From NCBI GenBank assembly GCA_040385975.1, contig JAZKGJ010000073.1, forward strand, positions 1-53,086: DNA of 53,086 bases. The letters run 5' to 3'. This DNA is from Pseudomonadota bacterium. GTDB taxonomy: Bacteria; Pseudomonadota; Alphaproteobacteria; Sphingomonadales; Sphingomonadaceae. This document shows positions 1 to 9,690 of the stretch, piece after piece; within the stretch, counting starts at the first letter, position 1; the number at the start of each line of letters is the position of its first letter. A program made the position numbers and the translations under genes. The notes beneath the pieces are model-generated. The model was not told the DNA's origin. It saw only the letters and a program-made list of their open reading frames with translations, and searched no databases.

Positions 1-1
1 C

Positions 2-316
2 CGGGTCGTGGCACAGGTCGAATCGCCCGAGCGCGATCACGATCTGCCGCTCGACGTGCGCGGGACGGCGTTTCAGGAGGCGGTGTGGCAGGCGTTGCGC
101 GCAGTCCCGGCGGGCCAGAGCCGCAGCTACGCCGAACTCGCCGCCGCCGCGGGCAGCCCGCGCGCGGTGCGCGCGGCGGGCAGTGCGTGCGGTGCCAACC
201 CGGTCGCGGTCGTCGTCCCATGCCACCGCGTCCAGCGCGCCGACGGCTCGCCCGGCGGTTATGCGTGGGGGCCGGACCGCAAGGCGGCGCTCAGGCGACG
301 CGAGGGCGCCGCCTGA
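2..316 (+). CDS. ada: Methylated-DNA-protein-cysteine methyltransferase, C-terminal part (Ada/Ogt); 5'-truncated by window
   Basis: GTAFQEAVWQAL, RAAGSACGANPV and active-site PCHRV; frame open to the window edge. Confidence 0.85.
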   Translation, partial: RVVAQVESPERDHDLPLDVRGTAFQEAVWQALRAVPAGQSRSYAELAAAAGSPRAVRAAGSACGANPVAVVVPCHRVQRADGSPGGYAWGPDRKAALRRREGAA

Positions 317-325
317 GGCTCAAGC

Positions 326-1966
326 TCACTGCCCGGTGCTGGCGACCGGGGTGGCGGTGCCGCCGGCTGCTGCCTTCTTTTTCTCGAGCCGGTCGAGCAC
401 ATCGCGGGCGCTTTCGAGATCGAGCGGCTCGCCCGCGCGGCGATATTTGTCAGGGTCCTTCAACGCCATCGCGCGACCTTTTTCGCGATCGGATTTTTCC
501 TTTTCAGTCATTTCCTCTTGCGACTTGAGCATGACCGCGGCGGGACGCACGGTCGCGATCGCTTCGGCAATCATCCCGCGCTTTTCGTAATCGACCGCTA
601 CCTTCTTGCGCAGCGCGTTGTCGGATGGCGAGACACGGTGCGCAAACGCAAGCGCGCTCTGCGCGTAAGCCGGGGCCATCACGCCTTCGGTCTCGAAACT
701 GTTGTAGATCGCCACATGAATACGCGGTTCCTGCTTCGCCAGTTTGTTGGCGGTCAGCAACCCCTGACGCGCAGCATCCCAGCGCGGGTCGCCGGCCGGC
801 ACCTTTTGCTCCTTGAGCGCGGCGAGCTCGGCGTTAGCCTTGAACATCAGTGCCAATGGATCTTGCGGCTTCGCCGCCAGCCACCGCGACAATGCCGCCG
901 CCGCCTTGACCCTGTCGTCTGACATCGTCTCGACTTCGGTTAGCATCCGGAGCGCGTAAGGGTCGTTCGGAAACGGCGCCGCAGCAGCCCGTACCCGGGT
1001 GGCAAAACGGGCCGCATCGGCCTGACGAACCCCGCCGGTGATGTCGGCATCAAGTTTCCAAAGCGCGACCTCGGCCGGAGACATCGCCTCGATTTTGACC
1101 GGACCCGGATCGATCGCCTTGAACGCGAACGCGCGCTGATCCATGGTGTTGCGGCGCGCGTAATTGCGCAGTTCATTGTCGAGCAGCTTAAGGTCGCCGA
1201 ACGCCTCAGCCGCTTTTGCAAAGGGCTTGCCCGCATTGATGTCGGTGAGATACTGTTTGAGCTGAGGGCCCCGGATCGGATTGCCATCCGCGTAGTGAAC
1301 GAGCAACCAGCCTTCCGCGTAAAGTAGGCCGATGTTCGAACCGAAATCAGCGTAGCTTCGGCCCTTCAGCAATTTTTCAACCGGCAACCATTCGCCGTAC
1401 CCCAAATTTTCGATCCGGCCCTTTTGCGGCTTGCCCAACAAGACCTTGCTGTTCTCATCGATGTTGAACGAGCCGTAGAATTCGGCAAATCCTTCGGAAT
1501 ACCAAGTAGGGTACGCGCCCGGAAAATACTGATACATAAAGTGGTGAGTGATCTCATGGTACATCGAATCGTCGCCGGTAAAGACCATTTCCTGAACCGA
1601 TGAGCGACGCGCCAATCGCGGATCGACCTTTTCGGCACGTTCCGGCGCGACCACGTAGGCACCGCGGACGTGCCGCACGTAATAGGCCAGCGTTCCGCCC
1701 CCATATCCGTCCAGCACCGCATTCAGATCGCTGAGATCGCCAACCTGATACACCTTCAATTTGACCGGCGATTCCGCCACCTTGCGATTGGAAACCGCCC
1801 GCAGGACAAACGCGAATTTCTCGAGCTTCTCCGCCTGCGTTTTGACCTCCGCCTCGGTGCCATCGCTATACAGAATGAAATTCTTCGACTCCGCGCGCAG
1901 CCATTTGGCGTCGGCGACGGTGGCGGTGGACAGCAGCAGCGACGCGGCCAACAATTTGCGAAACAT
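326..1966 (-). CDS. Exported gluzincin-like metallopeptidase (DUF1570-like) with helical/TPR-like C-terminus
   Basis: Signal peptide MFRKLLAASLLLSTATVADA; HEITH plus WYSEGFAE; GGGGAG SD before ATG 1966. Confidence 0.7.
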   Translation of the reverse strand: MFRKLLAASLLLSTATVADAKWLRAESKNFILYSDGTEAEVKTQAEKLEKFAFVLRAVSNRKVAESPVKLKVYQVGDLSDLNAVLDGYGGGTLAYYVRHVRGAYVVAPERAEKVDPRLARRSSVQEMVFTGDDSMYHEITHHFMYQYFPGAYPTWYSEGFAEFYGSFNIDENSKVLLGKPQKGRIENLGYGEWLPVEKLLKGRSYADFGSNIGLLYAEGWLLVHYADGNPIRGPQLKQYLTDINAGKPFAKAAEAFGDLKLLDNELRNYARRNTMDQRAFAFKAIDPGPVKIEAMSPAEVALWKLDADITGGVRQADAARFATRVRAAAAPFPNDPYALRMLTEVETMSDDRVKAAAALSRWLAAKPQDPLALMFKANAELAALKEQKVPAGDPRWDAARQGLLTANKLAKQEPRIHVAIYNSFETEGVMAPAYAQSALAFAHRVSPSDNALRKKVAVDYEKRGMIAEAIATVRPAAVMLKSQEEMTEKEKSDREKGRAMALKDPDKYRRAGEPLDLESARDVLDRLEKKKAAAGGTATPVASTGQ

Positions 1967-2014
1967 GGATAACTCCCCGAGAATCCCCACGGTTCTATCG
2001 AGCGCCGCGCCGCT

Positions 2015-4183
2015 TCACAAGAAGTTGTAGGGGTCGACGTCCACCACGACCCGCACCTTCGCGGGCCAGTCGACCCTCGCGAGCCAGCCGCGGATCGCGT
2101 CCTGCACGTCGAGCGCGCGGCGGGCGTGAACCAGCAGGCGGTAACGGTGGCGGCCGCGCAGCATCGCCAAGGGCGCAGGGGCGGGACCGTAGCTTTCCAT
2201 GCCGTCCAGCTTCGGCGCGGCGCGGCCGATCGCGCGGGCGATCTCCAGCGCGGCGGTCTGGTCCTCGCTCGACACCACGATCGCGGCGTAGCGGCCGAAC
2301 GGTGGCGCATCGGCCTCGCGCCGGGCGTCGGTTTCGGCCGCGTAAAAGGCTTCGGCGTCGCCCGAAACCAGCGCCTGCATGACCGGCGCGCTCGGGTCGT
2401 GGGTCTGGATATAGACGTGGCCGGGCTTGTCGCCGCGGCCGGCGCGCCCGGACACCTGCATGATCTGCTGGAAGGTGCGCTCCGCCGCACGCAAATCGCC
2501 GCCGCCAAGGCCCAGGTCGGCGTCGATGACGCCCACCAGCGTCAAATTGGGGAAGTGATAGCCCTTGGTCACCAATTGCGTGCCGACGACGATGTCGATT
2601 TCGTGCGCCTCCATCCGGTGCACGAACTCGGCGGCCTTGGCCGGGGACCAGATCGTGTCGCTGGTGACGATCGCGGTGTTCGCCTGCGGGAACAGCGCGC
2701 GGACTTCATCGGCGATGCGCTCGACGCCGGGGCCGATCGGCACGAGCGTGTCCTCGTTGTCGCACGCCGGACAGACCCGCGGGGTCGGCTCCATATGACC
2801 GCAGTGGTGGCACGACAGTCGACGAACCAGGCGGTGTTCGACCATCCAGGCTGTGCAGTTCGGGCACTGGAAACGATGCCCGCAGGTCCGGCACAATGTC
2901 AGCGGCGCGTAACCGCGGCGGTTTAGGAACAGCAACACCTGTTCGTTACGGTCGAGCGTGTCCGCGATCGCGCGGACCAGAGGCGGGGCAATCCAGCGGC
3001 CGCGTTCGGGCGGATTCTGGAGCAGGTCGATCGCTTCGATCGCGGGAAGCTCCGCGGCGCCGTAGCGGCCGGGCAGTTTCAGCTCGGCATAATTGCCAAC
3101 CGCGACCTGTTGCCGGGTCTCGATCGCCGGGGTGGCGCTGGCGAGGACGACGGGGATGTCCTCGAACTTGCCGCGCATCACCGCAACATCACGCGCGTGA
3201 TAATGGACGCCTTCCTCCTGCTTGAAGCTCGTCTCGTGCGCCTCGTCGACCACGATCAGCCCGAGGTCGGCGTAGGGCAGGAACAGCGCCGAGCGCGCAC
3301 CGACCGTGACCAGCGCCTGACCGCTGGCAATGGCGCGCCACGCGCGGCGGCGCTGGGTCGAGCGCAGCCCCGAATGCCACGCGATGGGTTCGCAGCCGAA
3401 CCGGTCGTGGAAGCGCTTCAGAAACGGCTCGGTCAGCGCGATTTCCGGGAGCAGCACGAGCGTCTGCTTCCCCTCCCGCAACGCAGCGGCAACGGCTTCG
3501 AAATACACCTCGGTCTTGCCCGAGCCGGTGACGCCGTCGAGCAGCGTCGGGGCGAAGGCGTGGGCATGGACGTTGGCGGCGAGGATGGTCGCGGCGGCGG
3601 ACTGTGCGGCGCTGAGCGTCGGGACCGCGAAGTCGGGGTCGGGGACCGGGAAGGGCGAATCGATATCGACCTCGACCGATCGAATCGCGCCAGCCTTCAC
3701 CAGCCCGCGGATCACGCCGTCGCTGACGTCGGCGATCGTCGCGAGTTCGCGGATCAGGCCCTGGCGGTCGCCGATCCGTTCCAGCGCCTGCTGCCGTTGC
3801 GGCGTCAGACGGGGCGGCTCCTCCCCGGTCGCGCGATATTCGGTCGCGGTGCGCGCGCCCTCCAGCGCGGAATTGCTGGCCAGCGCCATCCGCACGACGC
3901 TCGCCGGCGGGGCGAGGTAATAGTCCGCGGTCCATTCGACCAGCCGGCGCAGCGGGGCTCCGAGCGGAGGGACGTCGGCGACCGCCAGGATGTTGCGCAA
4001 CCTGTTGTCGCCGACCTGCGCGTCGCTCGGCATCCGTTCGGGTTCCCACACCACGCCGATCAGCTGGCGCGGACCCAGCGGCACCGCGACGATGCTGCCG
4101 GGTCCGGCGGTCATCCCGTGCGGGACGCGATAATCGAGCGGCCCGAGCGCGGAATTCAGGACGAGGACGCGGACGCGGGACAT
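2015..4183 (-). CDS. priA: Primosomal protein N'
   Basis: GVTGSGKT Walker A, DEAH box, CxxC zinc motifs, QVSGRAGR, C-terminal VDVDP. Confidence 0.97.
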   Translation of the reverse strand: MSRVRVLVLNSALGPLDYRVPHGMTAGPGSIVAVPLGPRQLIGVVWEPERMPSDAQVGDNRLRNILAVADVPPLGAPLRRLVEWTADYYLAPPASVVRMALASNSALEGARTATEYRATGEEPPRLTPQRQQALERIGDRQGLIRELATIADVSDGVIRGLVKAGAIRSVEVDIDSPFPVPDPDFAVPTLSAAQSAAATILAANVHAHAFAPTLLDGVTGSGKTEVYFEAVAAALREGKQTLVLLPEIALTEPFLKRFHDRFGCEPIAWHSGLRSTQRRRAWRAIASGQALVTVGARSALFLPYADLGLIVVDEAHETSFKQEEGVHYHARDVAVMRGKFEDIPVVLASATPAIETRQQVAVGNYAELKLPGRYGAAELPAIEAIDLLQNPPERGRWIAPPLVRAIADTLDRNEQVLLFLNRRGYAPLTLCRTCGHRFQCPNCTAWMVEHRLVRRLSCHHCGHMEPTPRVCPACDNEDTLVPIGPGVERIADEVRALFPQANTAIVTSDTIWSPAKAAEFVHRMEAHEIDIVVGTQLVTKGYHFPNLTLVGVIDADLGLGGGDLRAAERTFQQIMQVSGRAGRGDKPGHVYIQTHDPSAPVMQALVSGDAEAFYAAETDARREADAPPFGRYAAIVVSSEDQTAALEIARAIGRAAPKLDGMESYGPAPAPLAMLRGRHRYRLLVHARRALDVQDAIRGWLARVDWPAKVRVVVDVDPYNFL

Positions 4184-4198
4184 CGCGCCCGCATATCG

Positions 4199-4825
4199 TC
4201 ATTCGAAGCCGCGGCGGGAAGCCTCAAGTCGCCGGCGAAGCAATTGCGCGGCGGCTGCGGTGATCACTGCGGCGAGCGCGAGCGAGACTGCCACGTCGCT
4301 GAAATAATGGTCCGTCATGACCACCCGCCCGACCGCCACGAACATCGGCACGCCCAGCAGCGGACACAGCCGCGGATGCCGCAATACCACGGGCAACACG
4401 AGCGCCAGGTAGAACGCACTGTGTCCCGAGGGAAACGAATTACCATCGGCGAACCAGCGGTCGGTCGGCCCGGGGGTCTCGCCGGGCCGCAAGCGCCCGA
4501 ATACCGGCTTGGCCAGGTCGGCGACGACGGTGGCGGAAAACTGGACGATCCCGACGAACAGCGTTGGCCACCCGGCCCGGTGGCGCAGCAGCAACAGCAT
4601 CGCGCCGACGACGATGATCGCAAAGCCGAGCAGGAAGGTCGAAATCTCCTTGCCGACCAGCAGGTCGAGCCAGCCGATCCCGGTCGCGAACGCCTGGTCG
4701 AGGCGCGGCCCGGCCAGCGCGGTTGCCACGACCTGGTCCAGTCCGGCAAGGCCCGCCGCCGCGAGCACCGCCATTGCCGCCGCGAAAGTGTAAAGCCGCG
4801 CAGGCGTTAGAACTCCTGGTGTCAT
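4199..4825 (-). CDS. PAP2-family membrane phosphatase
   Basis: KPVFGRLRP, SFPSGH and GRVVMTDHYFSDV motifs; hydrophobic helices; start uncertain (4825 or 4843). Confidence 0.88.
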   Translation of the reverse strand: MTPGVLTPARLYTFAAAMAVLAAAGLAGLDQVVATALAGPRLDQAFATGIGWLDLLVGKEISTFLLGFAIIVVGAMLLLLRHRAGWPTLFVGIVQFSATVVADLAKPVFGRLRPGETPGPTDRWFADGNSFPSGHSAFYLALVLPVVLRHPRLCPLLGVPMFVAVGRVVMTDHYFSDVAVSLALAAVITAAAAQLLRRRLEASRRGFE

Positions 4826-4908
4826 ATACGGGCAATACACCAACTGCCGGGGGGCGCAAGCGGCGGCTGTGGCTGGCGAGCCGCCACCGGTTGGGCTAGA
4901 CGGTGGCG

Positions 4909-5388
4909 ATGATGCTGACCCTGCTTGCCGTGCTCGCCGCCCAGCCCGCCGCCCAGCCCGGCGCTTGCACGCCGAGCTTTCCGCCCGCGCTCGCCGCGTG
5001 GCCGAGCGCGCACCCCGCCGCGCACGGTTTCGTGATCGGCCGCACGGTCGAATTGACCGCGATCCCGGTCGCCAACGTGCGGCTGGCGATCCAGCCGACC
5101 CGACCGCTCAGCGGCAGCCACTTCGCCAGCGGCACGTTCACGGTGAAGACCGCCGGTACTTACAGCGTTGCCGCGGGCGGAGTGGACGCTCCGGTTCGTC
5201 CGCTGTGGCTGGATGTCGCCGGGGCCGACGGCAAGCCGCTGAAATCCGCCGCACACGGTCACGGCGCGGCGTGCACGTCGATCACCAAGGTCGTCGATTT
5301 CACGCTTAGCCCCGGGCGTTACACCTTCCTCGCGACCGGGCTGACCAGCGCCGCGCCGGTGCGCGTGCTGGTGGTGCGCAAGCCTTAG
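4909..5388 (+). CDS. Exported hypothetical beta-rich protein with HGHGxxC motif
   Basis: Signal-like MMLTLLAVLAAQPAA; SAAHGHGAACTSITKVVDFTLSPGRY; fills the gap between two minus-strand genes. Confidence 0.7.
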   Translation: MMLTLLAVLAAQPAAQPGACTPSFPPALAAWPSAHPAAHGFVIGRTVELTAIPVANVRLAIQPTRPLSGSHFASGTFTVKTAGTYSVAAGGVDAPVRPLWLDVAGADGKPLKSAAHGHGAACTSITKVVDFTLSPGRYTFLATGLTSAAPVRVLVVRKP

Positions 5389-5392
5389 GAGC

Positions 5393-6097
5393 CTAATCCT
5401 CCGTCGTCGGCGCGGCGCCGCCGCCCAGGTTGAGCGTCAATTGCAGGCTGAGCGCATGATCCACCTGCGCGCGTCCGCCGCCGCGCGCGAAGCGATATTG
5501 GTTCAAATAGCCGAGATCGGCGCTCAGGGTGCGCCCCACCGGCACCGTCATTCCCGCGACATTGCGCATCCGTTCGTACCCTGCGCGCTGTCCCCACGCC
5601 GTCGAATTCGGCAGAAAGAAGCTTTCGTGGCTGGCGAACAGGCCGAGGCCCTTGCCCAGCGGATGATTGTAGCGAAGCAACGGGCGGACCCGGAAACCGA
5701 TCTCGTCACCGCGCGGATTGAAGCGCTCATCGACCCGGAAGCGCGTCGTGAGTCGCCCGAAGGTCGCGACGACGTGCTGGCGGAGCCGGTCCTCGTTGGC
5801 GCCGGTGTTGCCGTTGTGGCTGCCGACCTTGCGATAGCCGAAACCGAGTTCGACGTTGGGGGCGACCTTGTAGCCTAGGATGCCGCCGAACTCGGTCTGA
5901 TAGAGCCCGTCTTGCCGGTCGCTGAACCGCGCGATCTGTTCGAGCGTGACGCGCAACCGGTCGCTTAGCGGAACATTGGTATTGATCTGTAGCCAGAGCT
6001 GCACGTCGTGTTGTTGCGCGCGGGCGGGCACGGCACCGATCGCGGCCACGATCAGGATGGAGCGCGCGGCCAGCCGGTGATAGAGCGTGCCTGGCAT
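5393..6097 (-). CDS. DUF2490-like outer-membrane beta-barrel protein
   Basis: Signal peptide ending ARA-QQ; amphipathic strands; RFRVDERF and LGYLNQY patterns. Confidence 0.75.
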   Translation of the reverse strand: MPGTLYHRLAARSILIVAAIGAVPARAQQHDVQLWLQINTNVPLSDRLRVTLEQIARFSDRQDGLYQTEFGGILGYKVAPNVELGFGYRKVGSHNGNTGANEDRLRQHVVATFGRLTTRFRVDERFNPRGDEIGFRVRPLLRYNHPLGKGLGLFASHESFFLPNSTAWGQRAGYERMRNVAGMTVPVGRTLSADLGYLNQYRFARGGGRAQVDHALSLQLTLNLGGGAAPTTED

Positions 6098-6153
6098 CGC
6101 CAGCGCACTAACCCGCCATGGCGACCATGTCATTCAGGTCAGGGGCCGAACCC

Positions 6154-6807
6154 ATGAAATTCTTCGTCGACACCGCCGACACCGCCGAAATCCGCGATCT
6201 GGCCGAGAGCGGGCTGGTCGATGGCGTCACTACCAACCCGTCGCTGATTCACAAGGCGGGGCGCGATTTCCTGGAGGTGGTCGCCGAAATCTGCGCGATC
6301 ACCCCGGGGCCGGTGTCGGCCGAAGTCGTCGCGCTCGACCATGCGGGGATGATGCGCGAGGCCGAGATCGTCCGGAAAGTCGCCAACAACGTCGCGGTGA
6401 AGGTGCCGCTGACGATCGACGGGCTGAAGACCTGCAAGGCGCTGACCGACGACGGGACGATGGTCAACGTGACGCTCTGTTTTTCCGCCAACCAGGCGCT
6501 GCTTGCGGCGAAGGCGGGCGCGACCTTCGTTTCGCCGTTCGTCGGGCGGCACGACGATGCGGGTTTCGACGGGATGGCGCTGATTTCGGACATCCGGTTG
6601 ATCTACGACAATTACGATTTCGCGACCGAGATCCTGGTCGCGAGCGTGCGGCATCCCATCCATGTGCTCGAAAGCGCGAAAATGGGTGCCGACGTGATGA
6701 CCGCCCCGCCCGCGGTGATCCGGCAGTTGGTCAAGCACCCGCTGACCGATAAGGGGATCGAGGGGTTCCTGGCCGACTGGGCCAAGACCGGGCAGTCGAT
6801 CGGATGA
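6154..6807 (+). CDS. fsa: Fructose-6-phosphate aldolase / transaldolase family
   Basis: [23 protein letters not shown] Schiff-base Lys, SPFVGR, ASVRHP. Confidence 0.93.
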   Translation: MKFFVDTADTAEIRDLAESGLVDGVTTNPSLIHKAGRDFLEVVAEICAITPGPVSAEVVALDHAGMMREAEIVRKVANNVAVKVPLTIDGLKTCKALTDDGTMVNVTLCFSANQALLAAKAGATFVSPFVGRHDDAGFDGMALISDIRLIYDNYDFATEILVASVRHPIHVLESAKMGADVMTAPPAVIRQLVKHPLTDKGIEGFLADWAKTGQSIG

Positions 6808-6816
6808 CGCGTCCGC

Positions 6817-6901
6817 CGTCATTGCGAAGAGCGCAGCGGCGCGGCAATCCAGGGCGGTGCGCGCAACCACGCTGGATTGCGTCGCTTCGCTTGCAATGAC
6901 G
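6817..6901. repeat. 85-bp palindromic intergenic element, family A, copy 1
   Basis: Terminal IR CGTCATTGC/GCAATGACG; inner IR GCAATCCAG/CTGGATTGC; reverse complement matches 39335-39419 at 72/85 without gaps (manual alignment). Confidence 0.9.
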
Positions 6902-6912
6902 ATTATTTCTGG

Positions 6913-7788
6913 ATGACCCTGCCCGCCGACTACGCAGCGCACCTGACCCGCGACCGGCGGCGGTCGGTGCATACCGTGCGGGCGTATCAGGCGACGGTGG
7001 CGCGGCTGCTGGCATTTCTGGGCGAGCATTGGGGTGCGGCGGTCGATCGCACGGCGCTCGGCCAGGTCACGCCGGCCGATCTGCGCGCCTTTCTGGCGAG
7101 CCGGCGCAGCGAAGGATTGGGCAACGCATCGGCGGCGCGCGAATTGTCGGCGGTGCGCGGTTTCCTGACCTGGGCGGGGGCCGCGCCGCCGCGGCTGCGT
7201 GGGCCGCGCGTCAAGAAGGGCGTGCCGCGGCCGATTTCTCCCGACGAAGCGGTCGCGCTGGCGGAGGATGTCGCCGACGACGCGCGCGAACCGTGGCTGG
7301 GGCTGCGTGACTGGGCGGTGCTGATGCTGCTTTACGGCGCGGGGCTGCGGATCGGGGAGGCGGTGGCGCTGACCGGCGCGATCCTGCCGCTCGGCGCGAC
7401 GATGAGCGTGACCGGCAAGCGCGCCAAGACCCGGATCGTCCCGCTGTTGCCGCAGGTCCGCGCTGCGATCGAAGCGTACGCCGCGGCCAACCCCTGGCCG
7501 GCCCCGCGCGACGCACCATTGTTCCGGGGGGCGAAGGGCGGGCCGCTGTCGCCCGCGATCATCCGCCGCGCGGTGCAGGGCGCGCGGCGGCGGCTGGGGC
7601 TCGGCGAGCGCACCACCCCGCACGCGCTGCGTCATTCGTTCGCGACGCATCTGCTGGGGCGCGGCGCCGACCTGCGCGCGCTGCAGGAACTGCTCGGCCA
7701 TGCGAGCCTCAGCTCTACGCAAATCTACACGCAGGTTGACGCCGCGCATCTGCTCGATGTTTATCGCGCCGCGCATCCACGGGCGTAA
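6913..7788 (+). CDS. xerC: Tyrosine recombinase XerC
   Basis: GLRIGE, GKRAKTR, HALRHSFATHLL, LGHASLSSTQIY; priA-fsa-xerC context typical of alphaproteobacteria. Confidence 0.88.
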   Translation: MTLPADYAAHLTRDRRRSVHTVRAYQATVARLLAFLGEHWGAAVDRTALGQVTPADLRAFLASRRSEGLGNASAARELSAVRGFLTWAGAAPPRLRGPRVKKGVPRPISPDEAVALAEDVADDAREPWLGLRDWAVLMLLYGAGLRIGEAVALTGAILPLGATMSVTGKRAKTRIVPLLPQVRAAIEAYAAANPWPAPRDAPLFRGAKGGPLSPAIIRRAVQGARRRLGLGERTTPHALRHSFATHLLGRGADLRALQELLGHASLSSTQIYTQVDAAHLLDVYRAAHPRA

Positions 7789-7797
7789 GGGACGGAA

Positions 7798-8277
7798 ATG
7801 GAACACGATTTCGCCGACGATATCGCCGCGGTTGCGCGGATCGATGGCGTCGAGACGCTGTTGCGGCAGGTGTGCGACGACACCGGCATGGGCTTTGCCG
7901 CGGTCGCACGCGTCACCGACCAGCGCTGGATCGCGTGTCAGGTCGAGGACCGGATCGAGTTCGGTCTGAAGCCTGGTGACGAACTCGAACTGAAGACCAC
8001 GATCTGCGAGGAAATCCGTTGCAGCGGGCGCGGCGTCTATATCGACGCGGTCGCCGGGCATGACGATTGGCAGACGCACCACACGCCGACGCTGTACGGC
8101 TTCCAGAGCTACATCTCGGTGCCGATCACGCGCGCGGACGGCAGCTTCTTCGGAACCCTGTGTGCGATCGATCCGGCTCCGCGCGAGACCAGTCTGGCGG
8201 ACTATTACGCGCAGATGGAAAGCTATGCTGCGCAGATCGCCACGCGCTCGACGGTCAGGCGGGCGGCTGGAACCTAG
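7798..8277 (+). CDS. Stand-alone GAF domain protein
   Basis: TGMGFAAVARV, TTICEEIR, SYISVPI...FFGTLCAID. Confidence 0.85.
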   Translation: MEHDFADDIAAVARIDGVETLLRQVCDDTGMGFAAVARVTDQRWIACQVEDRIEFGLKPGDELELKTTICEEIRCSGRGVYIDAVAGHDDWQTHHTPTLYGFQSYISVPITRADGSFFGTLCAIDPAPRETSLADYYAQMESYAAQIATRSTVRRAAGT

Positions 8278-9224
8278 CCCGCTAGGCGCGCTTCGATCGC
8301 GTCCCAGATCATTGCCGCGACATCGGAGCCGTCGAAACGTTCGATCGCGACGATGCCGGTCGGGCTGGTCACGTTGATCTCGGTCAGCCACTCGCCGCCA
8401 ATCACGTCGATCCCGACGAAGATCAGCCCGCGGCGTTTCAGTTCGGGGCCGAGCGCGGCGCAGATCTCGCGCTCCTTGTCGGTCAGCACGGTCTTCTCCG
8501 CGGACCCGCCGACCGCCAGATTGCTGCGGATTTCGCCTTCGCCCGGCAGCCGGTTGATCGCTCCGGCGATTTCGCCGTCGACCAGCACGATGCGCTTGTC
8601 GCCCTTTGCCACGTCGGGAAGGAACGCCTGCACCATATGCGGCTCGCGCCAGGTCTGATTGAACACCTCGATCAGCGCCGACAGGTTCGCCCCGTCGCGC
8701 TCTACCTTGAAGATCGCCTTGCCGCCGTTGCCGTGGAGCGGCTTGACCACGATCGCGCCGTGTTCGGCCAGGAACGCGCGCGCTTCATCGAGGCTGCGGG
8801 TGACGAGCGTCGGCGGCATGAACCGCGCATAGTCGAGCACGAACACCTTTTCCGGGGCATTGCGGACGCTGGCGGGGTCGTTGACGACCAAGGTGCGGTC
8901 GGCGATCCGTTCGAGCAGGTGGGTGGCGGTGATGTAGCCGAGGTCGAACGGCGGGTCCTGCCGCATCAGCACGACGTCGGCGTCCTCGCCCAGGTCGAGG
9001 CTGACGGCTGTACCAAAGGCGAAATGATCGCCCTCGACGCGCTGGACGGTGACGGGATGCGCCTTCGCCCAGAGCTTGCCGTCGGACCAGTTGAGGTCTT
9101 CGGCGGCGTAGTGAAACGGCCGGTGCCCGCGCGCCTGCGCCGACAGCATCAGCGCAAAAGTCGAATCGCCCGCGATGTTGAGGCCGGCGAGCGGGTCCAT
9201 CTGGACGGCGACGGTGAGGGTCAT
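8274..9224 (-). CDS. gshB: Glutathione synthetase
   Basis: VQMDP, MRQDPPFD, NAPEK, KPLHGNGG, GDKRI, RSNLAVGG, EINVTSPTG. Confidence 0.97.
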   Translation of the reverse strand: MTLTVAVQMDPLAGLNIAGDSTFALMLSAQARGHRPFHYAAEDLNWSDGKLWAKAHPVTVQRVEGDHFAFGTAVSLDLGEDADVVLMRQDPPFDLGYITATHLLERIADRTLVVNDPASVRNAPEKVFVLDYARFMPPTLVTRSLDEARAFLAEHGAIVVKPLHGNGGKAIFKVERDGANLSALIEVFNQTWREPHMVQAFLPDVAKGDKRIVLVDGEIAGAINRLPGEGEIRSNLAVGGSAEKTVLTDKEREICAALGPELKRRGLIFVGIDVIGGEWLTEINVTSPTGIVAIERFDGSDVAAMIWDAIEARLAG

Positions 9225-9246
9225 GGGGCCCGCCCTAACCCCAAAT

Positions 9247-9323
9247 CCGTTCGTGTCGAGCGAAGTCGAGACACCGCGCGTTTCGGCACCGAGGGGTCCC
9301 TCGCCTCCGCTCGGGACCAACGG
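9247..9323. repeat. Palindromic intergenic element, family B (degenerate right arm)
   Basis: CCGTTCGTGTCGAGCGAAGTCGAG...CTCGCCTCCGCTCGGGACCAACGG; same arms as 24645 and 36470. Confidence 0.8.
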
Positions 9324-9333
9324 GGGGAGGGCG

Positions 9334-9690
9334 CTAGCCCCCGATCCACGCATTCTCGATATGCCGCGGCGGCCGCCCCCGGGCGAGCAGGATGACGTCG
9401 ACCCGCACGTCGTCGCCGGGGCCGGCATAGCGCGGAATTAGCACTTCCGCCGCGGCTGCGACCCGCGCCAGCCGGCGCTGATCGATCGCATAGTCCAATT
9501 CCGCAGCGGTTCCGCGCGCCTTCACCTCGACGAATGCGATCAGATTGCCGCGCCGCGCGATCAGGTCGACTTCGCCTGCGGGCGTGCGAACCCGACGGTC
9601 GAGAATCCGCCAGCCCTTCAGCCGCAGCCACCAGCCCGCGATCCGTTCACCGCGCCGGCCGGCGGCTTCGGCCGCGGCGCGGTCACGCAC
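9334..9690 (-). CDS. yraN: YraN-family protein
   Basis: GRRGE, GEVDLIA, FVEVKAR, RVDVI; overlaps rsmI stop. Confidence 0.92.
   Translation of the reverse strand: MRDRAAAEAAGRRGERIAGWWLRLKGWRILDRRVRTPAGEVDLIARRGNLIAFVEVKARGTAAELDYAIDQRRLARVAAAAEVLIPRYAGPGDDVRVDVILLARGRPPRHIENAWIGG

Noticed and set aside
6913-7788. Tyrosine recombinase as the integrase of a mobile element
   Set aside because: XerC-like size and motifs, core context, host-like GC, no att repeats or cargo
6139-8391. 750-aa minus-strand ORF
   Set aside because: Antisense shadow of fsa, xerC and the GAF gene; Arg-rich with no motifs, as expected at high GC
9225-9428. gshB N-terminal extension reading through the family B repeat
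   Set aside because: Overlaps yraN; GshB homology starts at 9224; no evidence the repeat is translated here
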